NCBI GenBank assembly: GCA_963696385.1
Contig: CAVOKF010000005.1
Location: 384,001-448,000 of the forward strand
Source: an uncultured delta proteobacterium
Lineage (GTDB): Bacteria; Myxococcota_A; Polyangia; Polyangiales; Polyangiaceae
Direction of reading: 5' to 3'
Length of the DNA stretch: 64,000 nucleotides
Position 1 is the stretch's first letter, and each line of letters begins with the position of its first letter. The notes under the pieces are model-generated. The model saw nothing but the letters and a program-made list of their open reading frames with translations, did no database searches and was not told the origin of the DNA. Both the position numbers and the translations under genes were made by a program. This document shows positions 21,478-33,258 of this stretch, in pieces.

Positions 21478-22640
21478 TGGATCGATCGCCGAGCCCGGGT
21501 GCGGTGTGTTGGCGCGGGGCGCGCCTCGCGCGCATCGCGTTCGTCGCCGCGCTACCGAGCGCCGGTTGCTCGTCGGGCGCGAGCACGACGCCGGACGTGC
21601 TGATGGGCGATGGTGCTGCGTCCCAGACACTCTCGGCATTGTGCTCTTTGGATGCGTCCGACGGCACCTCGTGCCTGACCGGATCGTGCGTCACGGCGGC
21701 CTTCTCGGCGCCTGCGACGGCCGTGTCCGTCGGGCTTTTCGCCGCTGTGCCGCTCGGGCAGGAACCGATCGCCCAGGAGCTTTTAGGCGCGGACGGAACC
21801 TGGTCCTTCGATACCTCGATGCTCGCGCCGGGGCCGCAATGGTCGCACTACTACGTGGAGATCTCGGCGCAGTTCGGTCTTGCCGGGACCTTGACCCGCG
21901 TCATCGGCCCGCTATCGGTCTCTTCCGTGGGCGGTCCCGCTACGGTGCGGTTGCAGCCCGCGCACGTCGAAGTGCTCGAATCGCGTGCGGCAGAGGGCGG
22001 TTCGATGCAGTTTCGCTCCGCGTCGGCGCACGTTTTCGATCCGAAGACCGGCGCAGAGATCACCGACGGCACGGCGGTCGTTGCAATCGGGGTGGGCGCA
22101 ACGTCCGTTCCGATGCCGTGGGACGCGAACGCCAAGGCATACGACGTCACGTCTTCGCCGTCGCTCGACGCTCAGCCGACGTACTCCATGACTCTTTTGC
22201 ATCCCGCGCTCGGTCCGACGCCGATCACGCTCGAACTCGTTGCCGACCTGACGACGTTGAACGGCGCCATCACGTCGCCCGCCGCGGACGCGATCGTCGA
22301 CGCAGGGCCCATCGAGATCGCGTGGCAGCCGGAAACGGCTGCAGATTTCGTGCAAGTGGACATCTTCCAGCCGACCGACGCCCAAGCCGGCGACGGCGGC
22401 GTCGGGGACGCTGCCCCTGACTGGGATCCGAATCCGGTCTACGCGTCCCCGACAGCCGATGATGCGAACGCGACAGTGGAGGTCGTTCCGGCGGGGACGT
22501 TGACGCAATGGGGTCCAGCACTCATCAACGTCGTTTACACACTCGCGACGTGTCCGGCGACGGCGGACGGTTGCGTCTATTCCGGCACGGTCTTTGCGGA
22601 GACGATCAACGTCGTCGGGCCCGACGGTGGCGAACCCTGA
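21477..22640 (+). CDS. Hypothetical acidic beta-rich lipoprotein
   Basis: Signal ending SAGC, paired cysteines, acidic composition, GC-rich third positions. Confidence 0.68.
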   Translation: MDRSPSPGAVCWRGARLARIAFVAALPSAGCSSGASTTPDVLMGDGAASQTLSALCSLDASDGTSCLTGSCVTAAFSAPATAVSVGLFAAVPLGQEPIAQELLGADGTWSFDTSMLAPGPQWSHYYVEISAQFGLAGTLTRVIGPLSVSSVGGPATVRLQPAHVEVLESRAAEGGSMQFRSASAHVFDPKTGAEITDGTAVVAIGVGATSVPMPWDANAKAYDVTSSPSLDAQPTYSMTLLHPALGPTPITLELVADLTTLNGAITSPAADAIVDAGPIEIAWQPETAADFVQVDIFQPTDAQAGDGGVGDAAPDWDPNPVYASPTADDANATVEVVPAGTLTQWGPALINVVYTLATCPATADGCVYSGTVFAETINVVGPDGGEP

Positions 22641-22706
22641 TCGGTCGCGTTAGGCGCACGAGCGTGGATCGGCATCGAGATCGGGCCCGCGGCACGGTCC
22701 GGGTGC

Positions 22707-24107
22707 TCACCAATCGAGTCGAAAGTGAATCGACTTTGGCCGCGTCAACGCTTGGTAGCCGATCGCGCTGAGGCTGACGCCGCGCCCCGAGTCCTTCCAC
22801 CCGCTCCAAGGCAGTGCCGGATCGAGGTAGTCGCAGCGGTTCATGAACACGGTTCCGCACTCGAGTGCCCGCGCGAAACGCGCTGCACGGTCGCGATCGC
22901 TTGTCCATACGCTCGCCGTGAGGCCCAAACGCGAATCGTTCATTTTCGCGATGGCCTCCTCGTCCGAATCGACCGGCATGAGCGGCAGAATCGGCCCGAA
23001 GGACTCTCGCTGGAACAGGCGCATCGAGTGATCGGCTTCGCCGACAAGCGTCGCTTCGAAGAAGCGGCCGCGGCCGTCGACGCTCGCGCGATGGCCGCCC
23101 GTGATGATGCGTGCGCCGCGCGCTCTCGCGTCCTGCACGAACTCTTCCAGCTCGGCGATGTGGTGGGGCTGCGCCATGGGACCGAGCGTCGTGCTGTCGT
23201 CTGTGGGATCGCCCATCGTATACGCACGGATGAGACACTCGGCCGCCTCGAGAAAACGGCCGTAGAGCGACCTGTGCACGTACACACGCTCGACGGCACA
23301 GCAGCTCTGGCCCGCGTTGTACAGGGCGCCATCGACCACGTTCTCGACGGTCCGGGCAAGGTCACAGTCGGCCGCAACGTACGCCGGGTCATTGCCTCCG
23401 AGTTCCAGGCACGGTTGCAGAAAACGCATCGACGTCGCCAAGACGATGCGGTGTCCTCCGAACGCGCTGCCGGTGAAGACAACGTGATCCACACGATCGT
23501 CGCCTGCCATTCGTTCGCTCGTCGCGTGGTCACAGTGAATGGCTTGGACCAAGTGTTGGGGGGCCCCCGCCTCGGCGAAGGCCAGGGCGAAATGCTCGGC
23601 GCAGAGCGGCGACCGAGGGCTGTGCTTCAGGACGATCGCGTTGCCCGCGACGATGGCCGGGACCACGCAGTTGATCGCCGTGAGCAGCGGGTAATTCCAG
23701 GCGGGCAAGTCGAGCACGACGCCGAGCGGCTCGCGCACGATGCGCCGCTCGAAGTGGGCGATCGGGGCAAGCGGCGTGTCGGCGAGCGTGGCGTCCGCGA
23801 TGGACATCATGTATCGGGCCCGGACTGCCGCGGTCTTGATTTCTCCGAGCGACTGAGCGAGCGGCTTGCCCATCATGCGGGTGATGTCGCCCGCGACGGC
23901 CTTGGCGTTCGATTCCAAGTGAGAGACGGCGCGCTCGCACAATGCCAATCGGTCGCGGAGCTCGCTCGTTCGCCACGCTCGCGCCGCGTCGCGCGCGCGT
24001 TCGAGTGTCGCGTCGACTAGATCGTCGCCCGCCAGTGCAACCGTGCACGCGGTTTCACCGGTGAAAGGATTGTCGACGACGAGGGTCCCGGCGCAATCGC
24101 GGTTCAT
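22707..24107 (-). CDS. Aldehyde dehydrogenase family protein
   Basis: PAWNYP, FTGS, LELGGND, YNAGQSCCA, ESFGP. Confidence 0.94.
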   Translation of the reverse strand: MNRDCAGTLVVDNPFTGETACTVALAGDDLVDATLERARDAARAWRTSELRDRLALCERAVSHLESNAKAVAGDITRMMGKPLAQSLGEIKTAAVRARYMMSIADATLADTPLAPIAHFERRIVREPLGVVLDLPAWNYPLLTAINCVVPAIVAGNAIVLKHSPRSPLCAEHFALAFAEAGAPQHLVQAIHCDHATSERMAGDDRVDHVVFTGSAFGGHRIVLATSMRFLQPCLELGGNDPAYVAADCDLARTVENVVDGALYNAGQSCCAVERVYVHRSLYGRFLEAAECLIRAYTMGDPTDDSTTLGPMAQPHHIAELEEFVQDARARGARIITGGHRASVDGRGRFFEATLVGEADHSMRLFQRESFGPILPLMPVDSDEEAIAKMNDSRLGLTASVWTSDRDRAARFARALECGTVFMNRCDYLDPALPWSGWKDSGRGVSLSAIGYQALTRPKSIHFRLDW

Positions 24108-24195
24108 GGGCAAATGAGCATAGCGCGCGAACCACGACTCCCGCCCGCGATCGGCGACCCGGAAGTGCACTCTGACCTGCGCGTCGAGGGGGCGC

Positions 24196-27100
24196 TCACG
24201 AGGGACCCGACCTGAGGGCGTGTCCGGTCGCAGTTTTGGCGCGCGAGAGTTTTTTCGGCTCCCCTTCGAACACGACGCGCCCGCCGTCGTCACCGGCTTC
24301 TGGGCCGAGTTCGACGACCCAGTCGGCGCAGGCGATCACGTCGGGATGATGCTCGATGACGACGAGGGTGTCGCCGCGGGCGACGAGCCGTTCGAACACC
24401 GTCAGCAGGCGGCGCACATCGGACAAGTGCAGGCCGGTCGTCGGCTCGTCGAGAACGTACACGGTCGGTTCGTGCCCCGTGCCCGCCGTGAGTTCGGCAG
24501 CCAGCTTGAGGCGCTGTGCCTCGCCCCCGGAGAGCGTATTGGATCCCTGTCCGATTTGAATGTAGCCCACTCCGAGGTCGTCGAGCGTCGCCAGGGGCCT
24601 CGCGATCTTCGGGTGGCGCGCGAAAAACTGTGCGGCATCGGCCGCCGACAGGTGGAGAACCTCGGCGATCGACAGCCCCGAGTAGCGCACTTCGAGCGTC
24701 GCCGGTTCGTACCGCGAGCCCCCACAGGCCTCGCACGGTGTGATCACGTCGGGCAGAAACGGCATTTCCGCCACGATGAGCCCTTGCCCCTCGCACGCGG
24801 GGCACCGCCCGACGCCGGTATTGAACGAGAACCGCGTCGCCGCATAGCCACGCGTCTTCGCGTCCGGCAAGGACGCGAAGAGCACTCGAATGGTGCTCCA
24901 GATTCCAAGGAACGTCGCGGGGACGGACCGGGGCGTGCGGCCAATCGGTGCCTGGTCGACCGACAGCACACGCTTCACGACGCCGTGACCGCTAAGTGCG
25001 CGATGCGGACCGGGGATGGGCGCGACGAGCTTCAGCGCACGGCGTAGCGCCGGATAGAAGACGCTTCGCACGAGCGTCGACTTGCCAGAACCACTCACCC
25101 CGGCCACGACGCACATCCGTCCGACGGGCACGCGGAAATCGACGTCCTTCAGGTTGTTCGCCCGTGCGCCCGCGAGCTCAATCCACGCGTCGGCCATCGG
25201 TCGCTTCGGCCGTTGGATGCGCGCGCTCTCCTGGAGGGCTCGGGCCGTCGGCAATCGCGGATCGGAAAGCACCTGGGCCGCGGGGCCTTCGGATACCACG
25301 TGTCCGCCGAGGCGGCCGCCGGCCGGCCCGAGGTCAATCACATGATCGGCCGCGCGGATCGTCTCGGCGTCGTGTTCGACGACGAGAACCGTCGAGCCCA
25401 TGTGGGCGAGCTGCCTCAGATTTGCGAGCAGACGGCCCGTGTCCCGAGGGTGCAACCCGATGGTTGGCTCGTCGAGGACGTAGAGCGCGCCGGTCAGCCC
25501 GCTTCCGAGCTGCGCACTCAGCCGCAGCCGCTGCATTTCGCCTCCTGACAGCGTTGCGGCCGCTCGATCGAGAGACAGATATCCGAGGCCCACCTGCTCG
25601 ACGAACGCAAGGCGACGGAGCAGCTCCGCGTGTGGAGCCCTGGCGATTTCGGCGTCCGGCCCATCGAATTGCCACGCGCGCGCTCCGGAGAGCGCCTTTG
25701 CGACCGATTGGTTCGTGAACGCCGCGTAACGCGATCCGAACAACCGTACCCCGCGTGGCACTGCGCTCAGGCGATCCCCGCCGCAATCGTCGCACTTCGC
25801 GTGCGGCCCGTCCTCTTCGAGCGCCTCGGGGCCTCCGAGGACGCCCGTCCCCTCGCACGTCGGGCAGCGGCCCTGCGGCGTGTTGAACGAAAACCAGCGC
25901 GGGTCGATCTCCGGCACGCCCGTCGCACATTTCGGACAGGTGCGCGCCGTCGAGAACATGCGTTCGGTGCCGTTGGGCTTGGCGCTCGGAGGCCCATCGG
26001 CCACCCGAAGGGCACCGTGGCCCCACGCGATGGCCCTATCGAAGGTTGGCCGATCGAGTTTCGACAGCTTGCCGTAATGCATGACGAGATCGACGGCGTG
26101 CTCGCGGGTTTTGGCGAGCTTCGGCGGGGGATCCACGGCCATGATGGCCCCGTCCACGCGGGCGGAGTGAATACCGGCGCGCGCCGCCGCCGTGAAGAGA
26201 TCGAGGTAAGTCCCTTTTCGGCCGCGCACGGCGGGCGAGTACACGGTCTTGTTCGTGCCATCGCGCGACCCGACGAGCCGATCGAACAGCGCGTCGGGGC
26301 TCAGGGGCAGGACGACCGCGTCGCACTTGGGACAATGCAGCTCGCCAAGTTTCGCGTAAATGAGCCGCAGATAGTGTGCGATCTCGGTGACGGTTGCGAC
26401 GGTCGAATTCGAGCCGCCCCGGCTCGTCCGTTGCTCGAGCGCGATCGATGGAGGGACTCCGGTGACCGAGTCGACGTCCGGCCGCGGGAGCGTCGGCAAG
26501 AACTGACGTGCGTACGGCGTCAGCGTTTCCATGAACCGGCGCTGTCCTTCCGCGAAAACGACGTCGAACGCCAGCGACGACTTGCCCGACCCGCTCGGTC
26601 CCGTCACGACGCACAACCGACCGTGGGGGATCGAGCAGGAGACGTCCTTGAGGTTGTGCTCGCGAGCGTGCGCGACGGTGATGGCGTGCGGGGCGGGGGT
26701 CGGTGTCGTCGGCGCGACCCGGGTTTCGATCGCGGTGGAGCGACGCAAGGCGGTGCCCGTCCGCGTGTCCGCTTCAGCGACCTGCTCCGGCGTGCCGACA
26801 GCCACGATCTTTCCGCCCATGGGCCCCCCGCCGGGGCCCAGATCGATCACCCAGTCGCACGCGCGAATCACGTCGAGATCGTGTTCGACGACGAGGACGC
26901 TCGCCCCTTCGTGGACGAGCGACTGCAGCGTGTCCACCACGTACGCGACGTCCTGCGCGTGCAGACCGGCGCTCGGCTCATCGACGATGAACAGCGTGCC
27001 CTTCGCCGTCTCCGAGAGACCGCGGGCCAATTTCAGTCGCTGTGCTTCGCCGCCGGACAACGTCGAAAGCGGTTGGCCCAAGGGCAGATAGCCGAGGCCC

Positions 27101-29510
27101 ACTCGGACGATCGGGTCCAGCGTGCGGCGCAAAACGTAGTCCCGAGCGTCCGGCGGGTCGAACACGGCGCAGGCTTCTTCCACGCTGATCGCGAGAACGT
27201 CCGCGATCGAGCGGCCGCAATGCCGAATGGCGAGCACCTCGGGCTTGAACCGCTTTCCGCGGCAGACGGCGCACAGCAGCTGCACGTCTGCTAGAAACTG
27301 CATCTCGACGGTCTCGTAGCCTTCTCCGGCGCACTCCTCGCACCGGCCAGCGGCGACGTTGAATGAAAAGTGCGCCGGCGTGAACCCGTGTCGCAACGCC
27401 TCGGCCTCGGCGGCGAAGCGCGCGCGGACGCGATCCCACGCCTTGACGTACGTCGCCGCATTGCCGCGCGCCGTGCGACCGAGCGGCGACTGATCGACCA
27501 GGACGACGCAGGAAAGTCGATCGACGCCGGCCAGCGAGTCGTGCTGGCCGGGTTTGGCGACGGACAGATCGCCCATCGTCCGCGCCATCGCCCGATAGAG
27601 CACGTCGTGCACGAGCGTCGACTTGCCCGAACCGCTCGGACCGGTCACGCCGCAGAGCACGCCTAAGGGAAACTCCACGTCGACGTTCGCCAAATTGTGC
27701 TCTCGCGCTCCACGCAAGTGGAGCCACGCCGTTGCGGAGCGCGGAGTGTGGGGCGCTCTTCCGGCGCCTGCCCAGGCGCGACCGGTCGGCAAGTCTTCGC
27801 GGCGGGCCAGCCCTTCGGGCGAGCCGTCGAACAGAATACGGCCGCCGTGGGCCCCGGCTCCGGGGCCCATCTCGATGACGCGGTCGCACTCGCGCACAAT
27901 CCCCGGATCGTGCTCGATGACCAGTACCGTGTTTCCCCCGCTCGCCAGATCGCGCATCACCTGAGCCAGCGCTGGGACGTCGGTCGGATGGAGCCCGACG
28001 GTCGGCTCGTCGAGGACGAAAAGTGTGCCCGTCAGTGCCGCCCCGAGCGCGGTCGTCAGGCCCGCGCGCTGTGCCTCACCCCCGGAAAGGGTCCGGGCCT
28101 GTCGGTCCATCGTGAGGTACCCGAGGCCGACCGCGTCGAGATAGCCGATGCGCGACGCGAGCTGATCCTGGACCCGCTTGCCTTGCGGATCGCGTGCGGC
28201 GTAAGCGCGGATACGCTCCAGCGCGTCACCGACGGTCAGCGCGTGCCATTCGCCCAGGTTGAGCCCGGCCACCCGGTACGCGAGCGCAGCGGAATTCAAG
28301 CGCGCGCCATGGCAGCGGTCGCATAATGCGTACTCTCGATACCGTGACAGAAGAACACGCACATGCATCTTGTAGGTTCGCGTCTCCAGCCATTCGAACC
28401 ACGCTCGCAGTCCCGGGTACTTGCCGCCACGCCAGGTCCCCTCGCCATCGACGACGAGAGCGCGCTGGGCTTCGCTCAGCGTCTCCCAGGGTCGCTCCAG
28501 GGGGATTCGCGCCTTCTTGCAAAACTTCTCCAGCACGCCGCGCTCCCACGTCGTGCTGTGGCCGTTCCAGGGCTTGATCACGCCCTGCCGGATCGACTTT
28601 TTCGGATCGGGGATGACCTTGTCCCAATCGATGGCGATGTTCCGCCCGAACCCCCGGCAGGCTTCGCAGGCTCCGAGCGGCGAATTGTAGGAAAAAAGCC
28701 CTGGACGCGGGGGATCGAAAGCGTGGGCGCAACTCGGGCAAACGAGTCCGCGGGCGACCGACGTCGTCTCGGGATGCCCGGAGGCGCGCTCGCCGTGCAC
28801 GTGGATCTCTGCCCGCCCGTGTCCGCGCGCCCACGCCGCTTCGATCGCCTCTTGCAGGCGGCCGGTCTCCTTCCGACTCACTCCGATGCGGTCGACCACG
28901 ACCTCGACACGGACGCCCGGGGCGGTCGCTTCGCTGGGAGGCACGCGGTCGATTTCCGGCAAATGACCCCGCCGACGAGGATGCGGCGGTAGCCGTCGCG
29001 CGCGAGCGTGTCGCGGAGTTCGAGGAACTGCTCGGCATCGTCGACGCGGACGCCGTACGTGACCAGTGCGCGAACGCCGGGAAGCGATTCGGAGACCCGC
29101 AGGGCCGCGGCATGGGCGGAGGTCTCGACGGCGTCGACTCCGCAATCGCCACACCGCGGAATCGCTTCTCGTGCGAAGAGAGCGGCGAGATACGGTTCGA
29201 GGTCGGCCATCGTCGCAAGGGTCGATCGGCTCGACTTGACGGGCGCGCGCCGGTCGACGGCCACGGTGGCCGCGATCGGCTCGAGCTCGTCGATCGGCGG
29301 TCGCTCGAGGCGATCGAGAAACTGCCGTGCGTACGGGCTGAAGCTCTCGACGAAGCGCCGTTGGCCTTCGGCGTACAGGGTGTCGAGCGCGAGCGACGAC
29401 TTTCCGGCCCCGCTCGGCCCGGTGATGCCGATCAGTTGGCCAGGGGAAAGACGGAGATCGACGCCCTTGAGGTTGTGCGTGCGCGCCCCGCGCAAGACCA
29501 TCGTCCGCAT
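24196..29510 (-). CDS. uvrA: Double-length (four ABC-domain) UvrA, interrupted by one frameshift near 28955
   Basis: [10 protein letters not shown], four Walker A and four LSGGE motifs, CxxC zinc fingers. Homology switches frame at …[17 protein letters not shown]. Alternative start at 29576. Confidence 0.9.
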
Positions 29511-29665
29511 GCCTGAGGTGCGGGGACGTTCTTCGGAAGGCGGTCGAAGGTCGGCGGGTAAATCCGGAAACGTCATGGGTTGCGGACTATGCCTCCGATT
29601 GATGCTCCTCGCAGCGGTTCGCGTGTGCTGGCAACCAAAACAGGCTTGACCTCGATCGGCTCGGC

Positions 29666-30349
29666 TCACCCTTCGACCGGCAGCTCGACACGAAAGGCTG
29701 CGCCGGAGTCGCCGCGCAGAAGCGCGATCGAGCCCCCGTGGGCTAGAACGATTCGCCGCGCGAGCGCTAGACCGAGCCCTGTCCCCCCCGAACGCGCGCC
29801 GACGAATGGATCGAAGACCTGCGAAGCGATCGACTCTGGCACGCCGGGGCCATCGTCCGCGACCTCGATGATGAAGCACCCGTTGCCGGCTCGTGCCCGT
29901 GTCGTCACGGTGGGCCGTCGCGGTGCGCTCGCCTGAGCGGCATTGTCGTAAATGGCGTGGAACAGTCGCGCGGCGAGCCCGGGATGGACGTAAATCTCGA
30001 GGCGCGCGGGATCGATTCGGTCGTCCCACCGCGCCGCGTCCGGTGGGATGTCGGCCCGGGCCGCCGCAAGCACGTGTTCGAGCGGCACGTTCTCCTTGCC
30101 GAGCAGATCGCCGCGTGCGAGCGCCATTACGTCGTCGACGATCGCGTGCGCCCTCCTTGCATTTTTCTCGATCTTCGCGAGATGCGGCGACGCTGCCGCG
30201 CTGTTGCCACGATCGATCTCCCTCCGCGCGACGAAGGCGGTCGACGAAATCACCAGCAGCACGTTACGCAGCTCGTGCGCCGTTTCAGCGGTGATTTCTC
30301 CCAAGGCCGCGAGCCGATCCGTTAGCTCGTCCTTCATCGAAGGATCCAC
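29666..30349 (-). CDS. Histidine kinase core (HisKA + HATPase) with no sensor domain
   Basis: AHELRN, DNAAQA, ADDGPG, FDPF, GGTGLGL in only 227 aa. Confidence 0.9.
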   Translation of the reverse strand: MDPSMKDELTDRLAALGEITAETAHELRNVLLVISSTAFVARREIDRGNSAAASPHLAKIEKNARRAHAIVDDVMALARGDLLGKENVPLEHVLAAARADIPPDAARWDDRIDPARLEIYVHPGLAARLFHAIYDNAAQASAPRRPTVTTRARAGNGCFIIEVADDGPGVPESIASQVFDPFVGARSGGTGLGLALARRIVLAHGGSIALLRGDSGAAFRVELPVEG

Positions 30350-30540
30350 GGGGACCAGCGTACCGGCGAGCAGACGGCACGGCCATGGCGCGCGCTCGTC
30401 GGATCCCGAGCAAAACGGCGCCAGGGGTGATAGAAGACAGAACCCGCAGGGTCTCGCACTGCGAGTTGTGGCGCGGTTGGGCTTTGGCCGTGGTTCGAAA
30501 CGGCGTACGTTTCACTTCGAGGTCGCCCACGGGCTCCTAC

Positions 30541-33258
30541 ATGGCAGCCGTCCAACCGGAAAACACGATCGTCATCGGTGCATTGCTTGTTGGCAAGTAC
30601 CGTGTGACCCGCGAGCTGGGTCGCGGGGGGATGGCTGCTGTCTATGAGGCGGAGCACATCGACATTGGCAAGAGAATTGCGCTGAAGATCCTTGCCGCAG
30701 AGCTTTCGAGTTCCGTGATCGTCATCGAGCGCTTCGTGCGCGAGGCGCGAGCCGCGGCGAGCGTCAAGAGTCCGCACATCGTCGAGGTGTACGACTCGGG
30801 CCGACTGGAGGACGGGCGGCCATTCATCGCCATGGAGCTGCTCGAGGGCGAGTCGCTCTACGATCGCATGGCGCGCGTCCGGCTGATCGACGCGACGACG
30901 ACGGTTCGCATCATCGGGCAGGTGGCCAAGGGGCTCACCAAGGCGCACGCGATTGGCATCGTGCACCGCGATCTCAAGCCGGAGAACATCCATCTATGCA
31001 AGACCGATGACGGCGAGGAGATTGCGAAGATTCTCGATTTCGGGCTGGCAAAGTTTTACTCGCCCGTGGACGTCGACGAGAAAACCGCGCGCCTGACGCG
31101 CGAAGGCGCCGTGTTCGGAACGCCCGCGTACATGTCCCCTGAGCAGGTAAAGGGGCAGGGAAGCGTCGACCATCGGGCCGATCTATGGGCCCTTGGGTGC
31201 ATGGCCTTCGAGTGCTTGACGGGCCGTCCCGTGTGGAACACCGATCAAGGCGTGGCGATGACCTTTGCGGCGATCGCCACCGCGCCGCTGCCGCCGCCCA
31301 GCCGGCTTCGTCCGGATCTGCCCCTCGCGTTCGAGGTCTGGTTCAACAAGGCGCTTGAGCGCGATCCGGATCAGCGCTTTCAGACTGCCAAAGAGCTCGC
31401 CGACGAGCTCGCGAGAGCGTTGGACACGGCGCCCATTTCGCTCGTCGGCGTGGGGGGGCCATCGAGCCTGGCGGAGCTCGAGATTGGGGCCGCGATCCGG
31501 GACGCTCCGCCGTCCTCGCGCGATCCTGCGGGTCGACCGTTGCTTTCGGCGTCCGTCCGCCCAATGGCCACCGACAGCGACGCGGCGTTGGGCGTTTTAC
31601 CCGCGGGTCCGGCGCTCCATTCGCGGTCGGTGGCGCCGCCTCCGCCCCCCGGCGCCGGTCGCACCAGTCAACCGCTCGACCTTCTCAGCCTGCGCAATTC
31701 GACGTTCAGCGCGACCGACCTGCCGCCGACCGCTGCGTCGGAGCGGTCCCCGGCATCCCAGCCCACGCGCACTCGGTCGGGCTTCGGTCGCTTTTTCGCC
31801 ATGCTGCTGGTCGCCGCCGGCCTCTGTGTCGCCGGATGGTTCGCGTACCCGAAACTGCATGCGCGGTTCATGCGCCTGAAACCCGCCCCGAGCGCGCCGG
31901 TGGTCGCGGCCGTCAGCGCCGCAACCAGCGCGGATCGGGCTCCTGCGCCTTCGTCTGAGCCGGTTTGGATGACGGCCATCGAAGAGGGGCAGCAGTTCCT
32001 CGCCGCGGGGGATAACGATAGCGCTCTGCGCAAGTTCAAGGATGCGGCGGACCTGGGGGGGGGCCTCACGGCGAAGTCGTTCGCTGACCAGTTGAAACTC
32101 GGGGCGGGCGTATCCGGGCCTTGCCGCCTGGCGGCGTTGTCGCATCCGCGCTTGGGCTACGGAGGAAACGTGGGTCGACCGGCCGTCGCCGCCACGTCGA
32201 AGGGCGCCGTCGTGGCGTGGACCGACGACCACGAGCAGGCCGGGCATGAACACGTGTACTCGGTCTTGGTCGACTCCACTGGACGTCCGACCTCGAGCGT
32301 GCGCGATTTGACGCCGGAGGCGGAGTACGCGACTCGTCCGGAGCTCCTGTCGGTCGGCGAACGCGTCGTGCTCCTCTTCTGGGACAGGGGCGGTCGTCAG
32401 CCCGGTGTCAAGGTGCGTTGGCTAGACGCCGACGGGCGCATCGGCGGAATGAGCATCGCGGTGGGTGCTTCCAAGTCCGGGCTCTACTGGCCGGCGATGG
32501 ACCGAGCACCGGACGGCAGCGGCTTCTGGGTGACTTGGCAGGCGAACGCCGACAGGGAAGGCCCCGACCTCTTCTTGCGGCGGTTGGACGCAGATCTACA
32601 ACCTCAGGGAACCGAGGTGCGCGCCTCCGACTACGAGCCGTACAAAGGCAAGGCGGTTAAGGTGGACGTCCCGAGCATTGCCGTATCGAGCTCGAACCTA
32701 TTTTTGGCCTATACGCTGGAGCGGGATCGGCAGTTCTTGATCGAGCGCATGCGCATCCCACTCGCTGCGCCGGAACTGCTGAGCGGCGGAGTTTCGGAGA
32801 AGTCGGCCGCGAAAGCCCAGCACGAACTCGGCGAGACGATGGCCGTCAACGAAGACAAGACGAGCGGCGACTACTCGTCGATCGGGTGCACCAAGGACGC
32901 GTGTTTCCTCGTGTGGCACGAGATCGACAAGGGCGGAGCCCAGGCCGCGCTCATTGATCCCGCACGCGGAACGCTGCTGTGGCGAAAGCGTTTCGCGCCG
33001 CGCGGTGCGCATCCCGCCGTCGCGGTCGCACCCGATGGCGAGGCCGAGGTGGTCTTTTACGAGGCGGGTCGCGTACGCATTGCGTCCATTTCGCGCGATG
33101 GCGTTGGCCCGATCAGCACGTTCGCTCGGACCTCCGGAGACCAGCCGCGAGGCTGGATCACCGCCGGCCATGCCCCAGGCGAGTGGTTGGTCTCTTGGCT
33201 CGACATCGAGGGTGGGCACACGGAGCCGTTCTTGGCGCGCCTTGCATGTCGCAATTGA
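30541..33258 (+). CDS. Membrane-anchored Hanks-type Ser/Thr protein kinase
   Basis: LGRGGMAAVY, ALK, HRDLKPEN, DFG, GTPAYMSPE; Pro-rich linker; TM segment; large beta-rich C-terminal domain. Confidence 0.95.
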   Translation: MAAVQPENTIVIGALLVGKYRVTRELGRGGMAAVYEAEHIDIGKRIALKILAAELSSSVIVIERFVREARAAASVKSPHIVEVYDSGRLEDGRPFIAMELLEGESLYDRMARVRLIDATTTVRIIGQVAKGLTKAHAIGIVHRDLKPENIHLCKTDDGEEIAKILDFGLAKFYSPVDVDEKTARLTREGAVFGTPAYMSPEQVKGQGSVDHRADLWALGCMAFECLTGRPVWNTDQGVAMTFAAIATAPLPPPSRLRPDLPLAFEVWFNKALERDPDQRFQTAKELADELARALDTAPISLVGVGGPSSLAELEIGAAIRDAPPSSRDPAGRPLLSASVRPMATDSDAALGVLPAGPALHSRSVAPPPPPGAGRTSQPLDLLSLRNSTFSATDLPPTAASERSPASQPTRTRSGFGRFFAMLLVAAGLCVAGWFAYPKLHARFMRLKPAPSAPVVAAVSAATSADRAPAPSSEPVWMTAIEEGQQFLAAGDNDSALRKFKDAADLGGGLTAKSFADQLKLGAGVSGPCRLAALSHPRLGYGGNVGRPAVAATSKGAVVAWTDDHEQAGHEHVYSVLVDSTGRPTSSVRDLTPEAEYATRPELLSVGERVVLLFWDRGGRQPGVKVRWLDADGRIGGMSIAVGASKSGLYWPAMDRAPDGSGFWVTWQANADREGPDLFLRRLDADLQPQGTEVRASDYEPYKGKAVKVDVPSIAVSSSNLFLAYTLERDRQFLIERMRIPLAAPELLSGGVSEKSAAKAQHELGETMAVNEDKTSGDYSSIGCTKDACFLVWHEIDKGGAQAALIDPARGTLLWRKRFAPRGAHPAVAVAPDGEAEVVFYEAGRVRIASISRDGVGPISTFARTSGDQPRGWITAGHAPGEWLVSWLDIEGGHTEPFLARLACRN

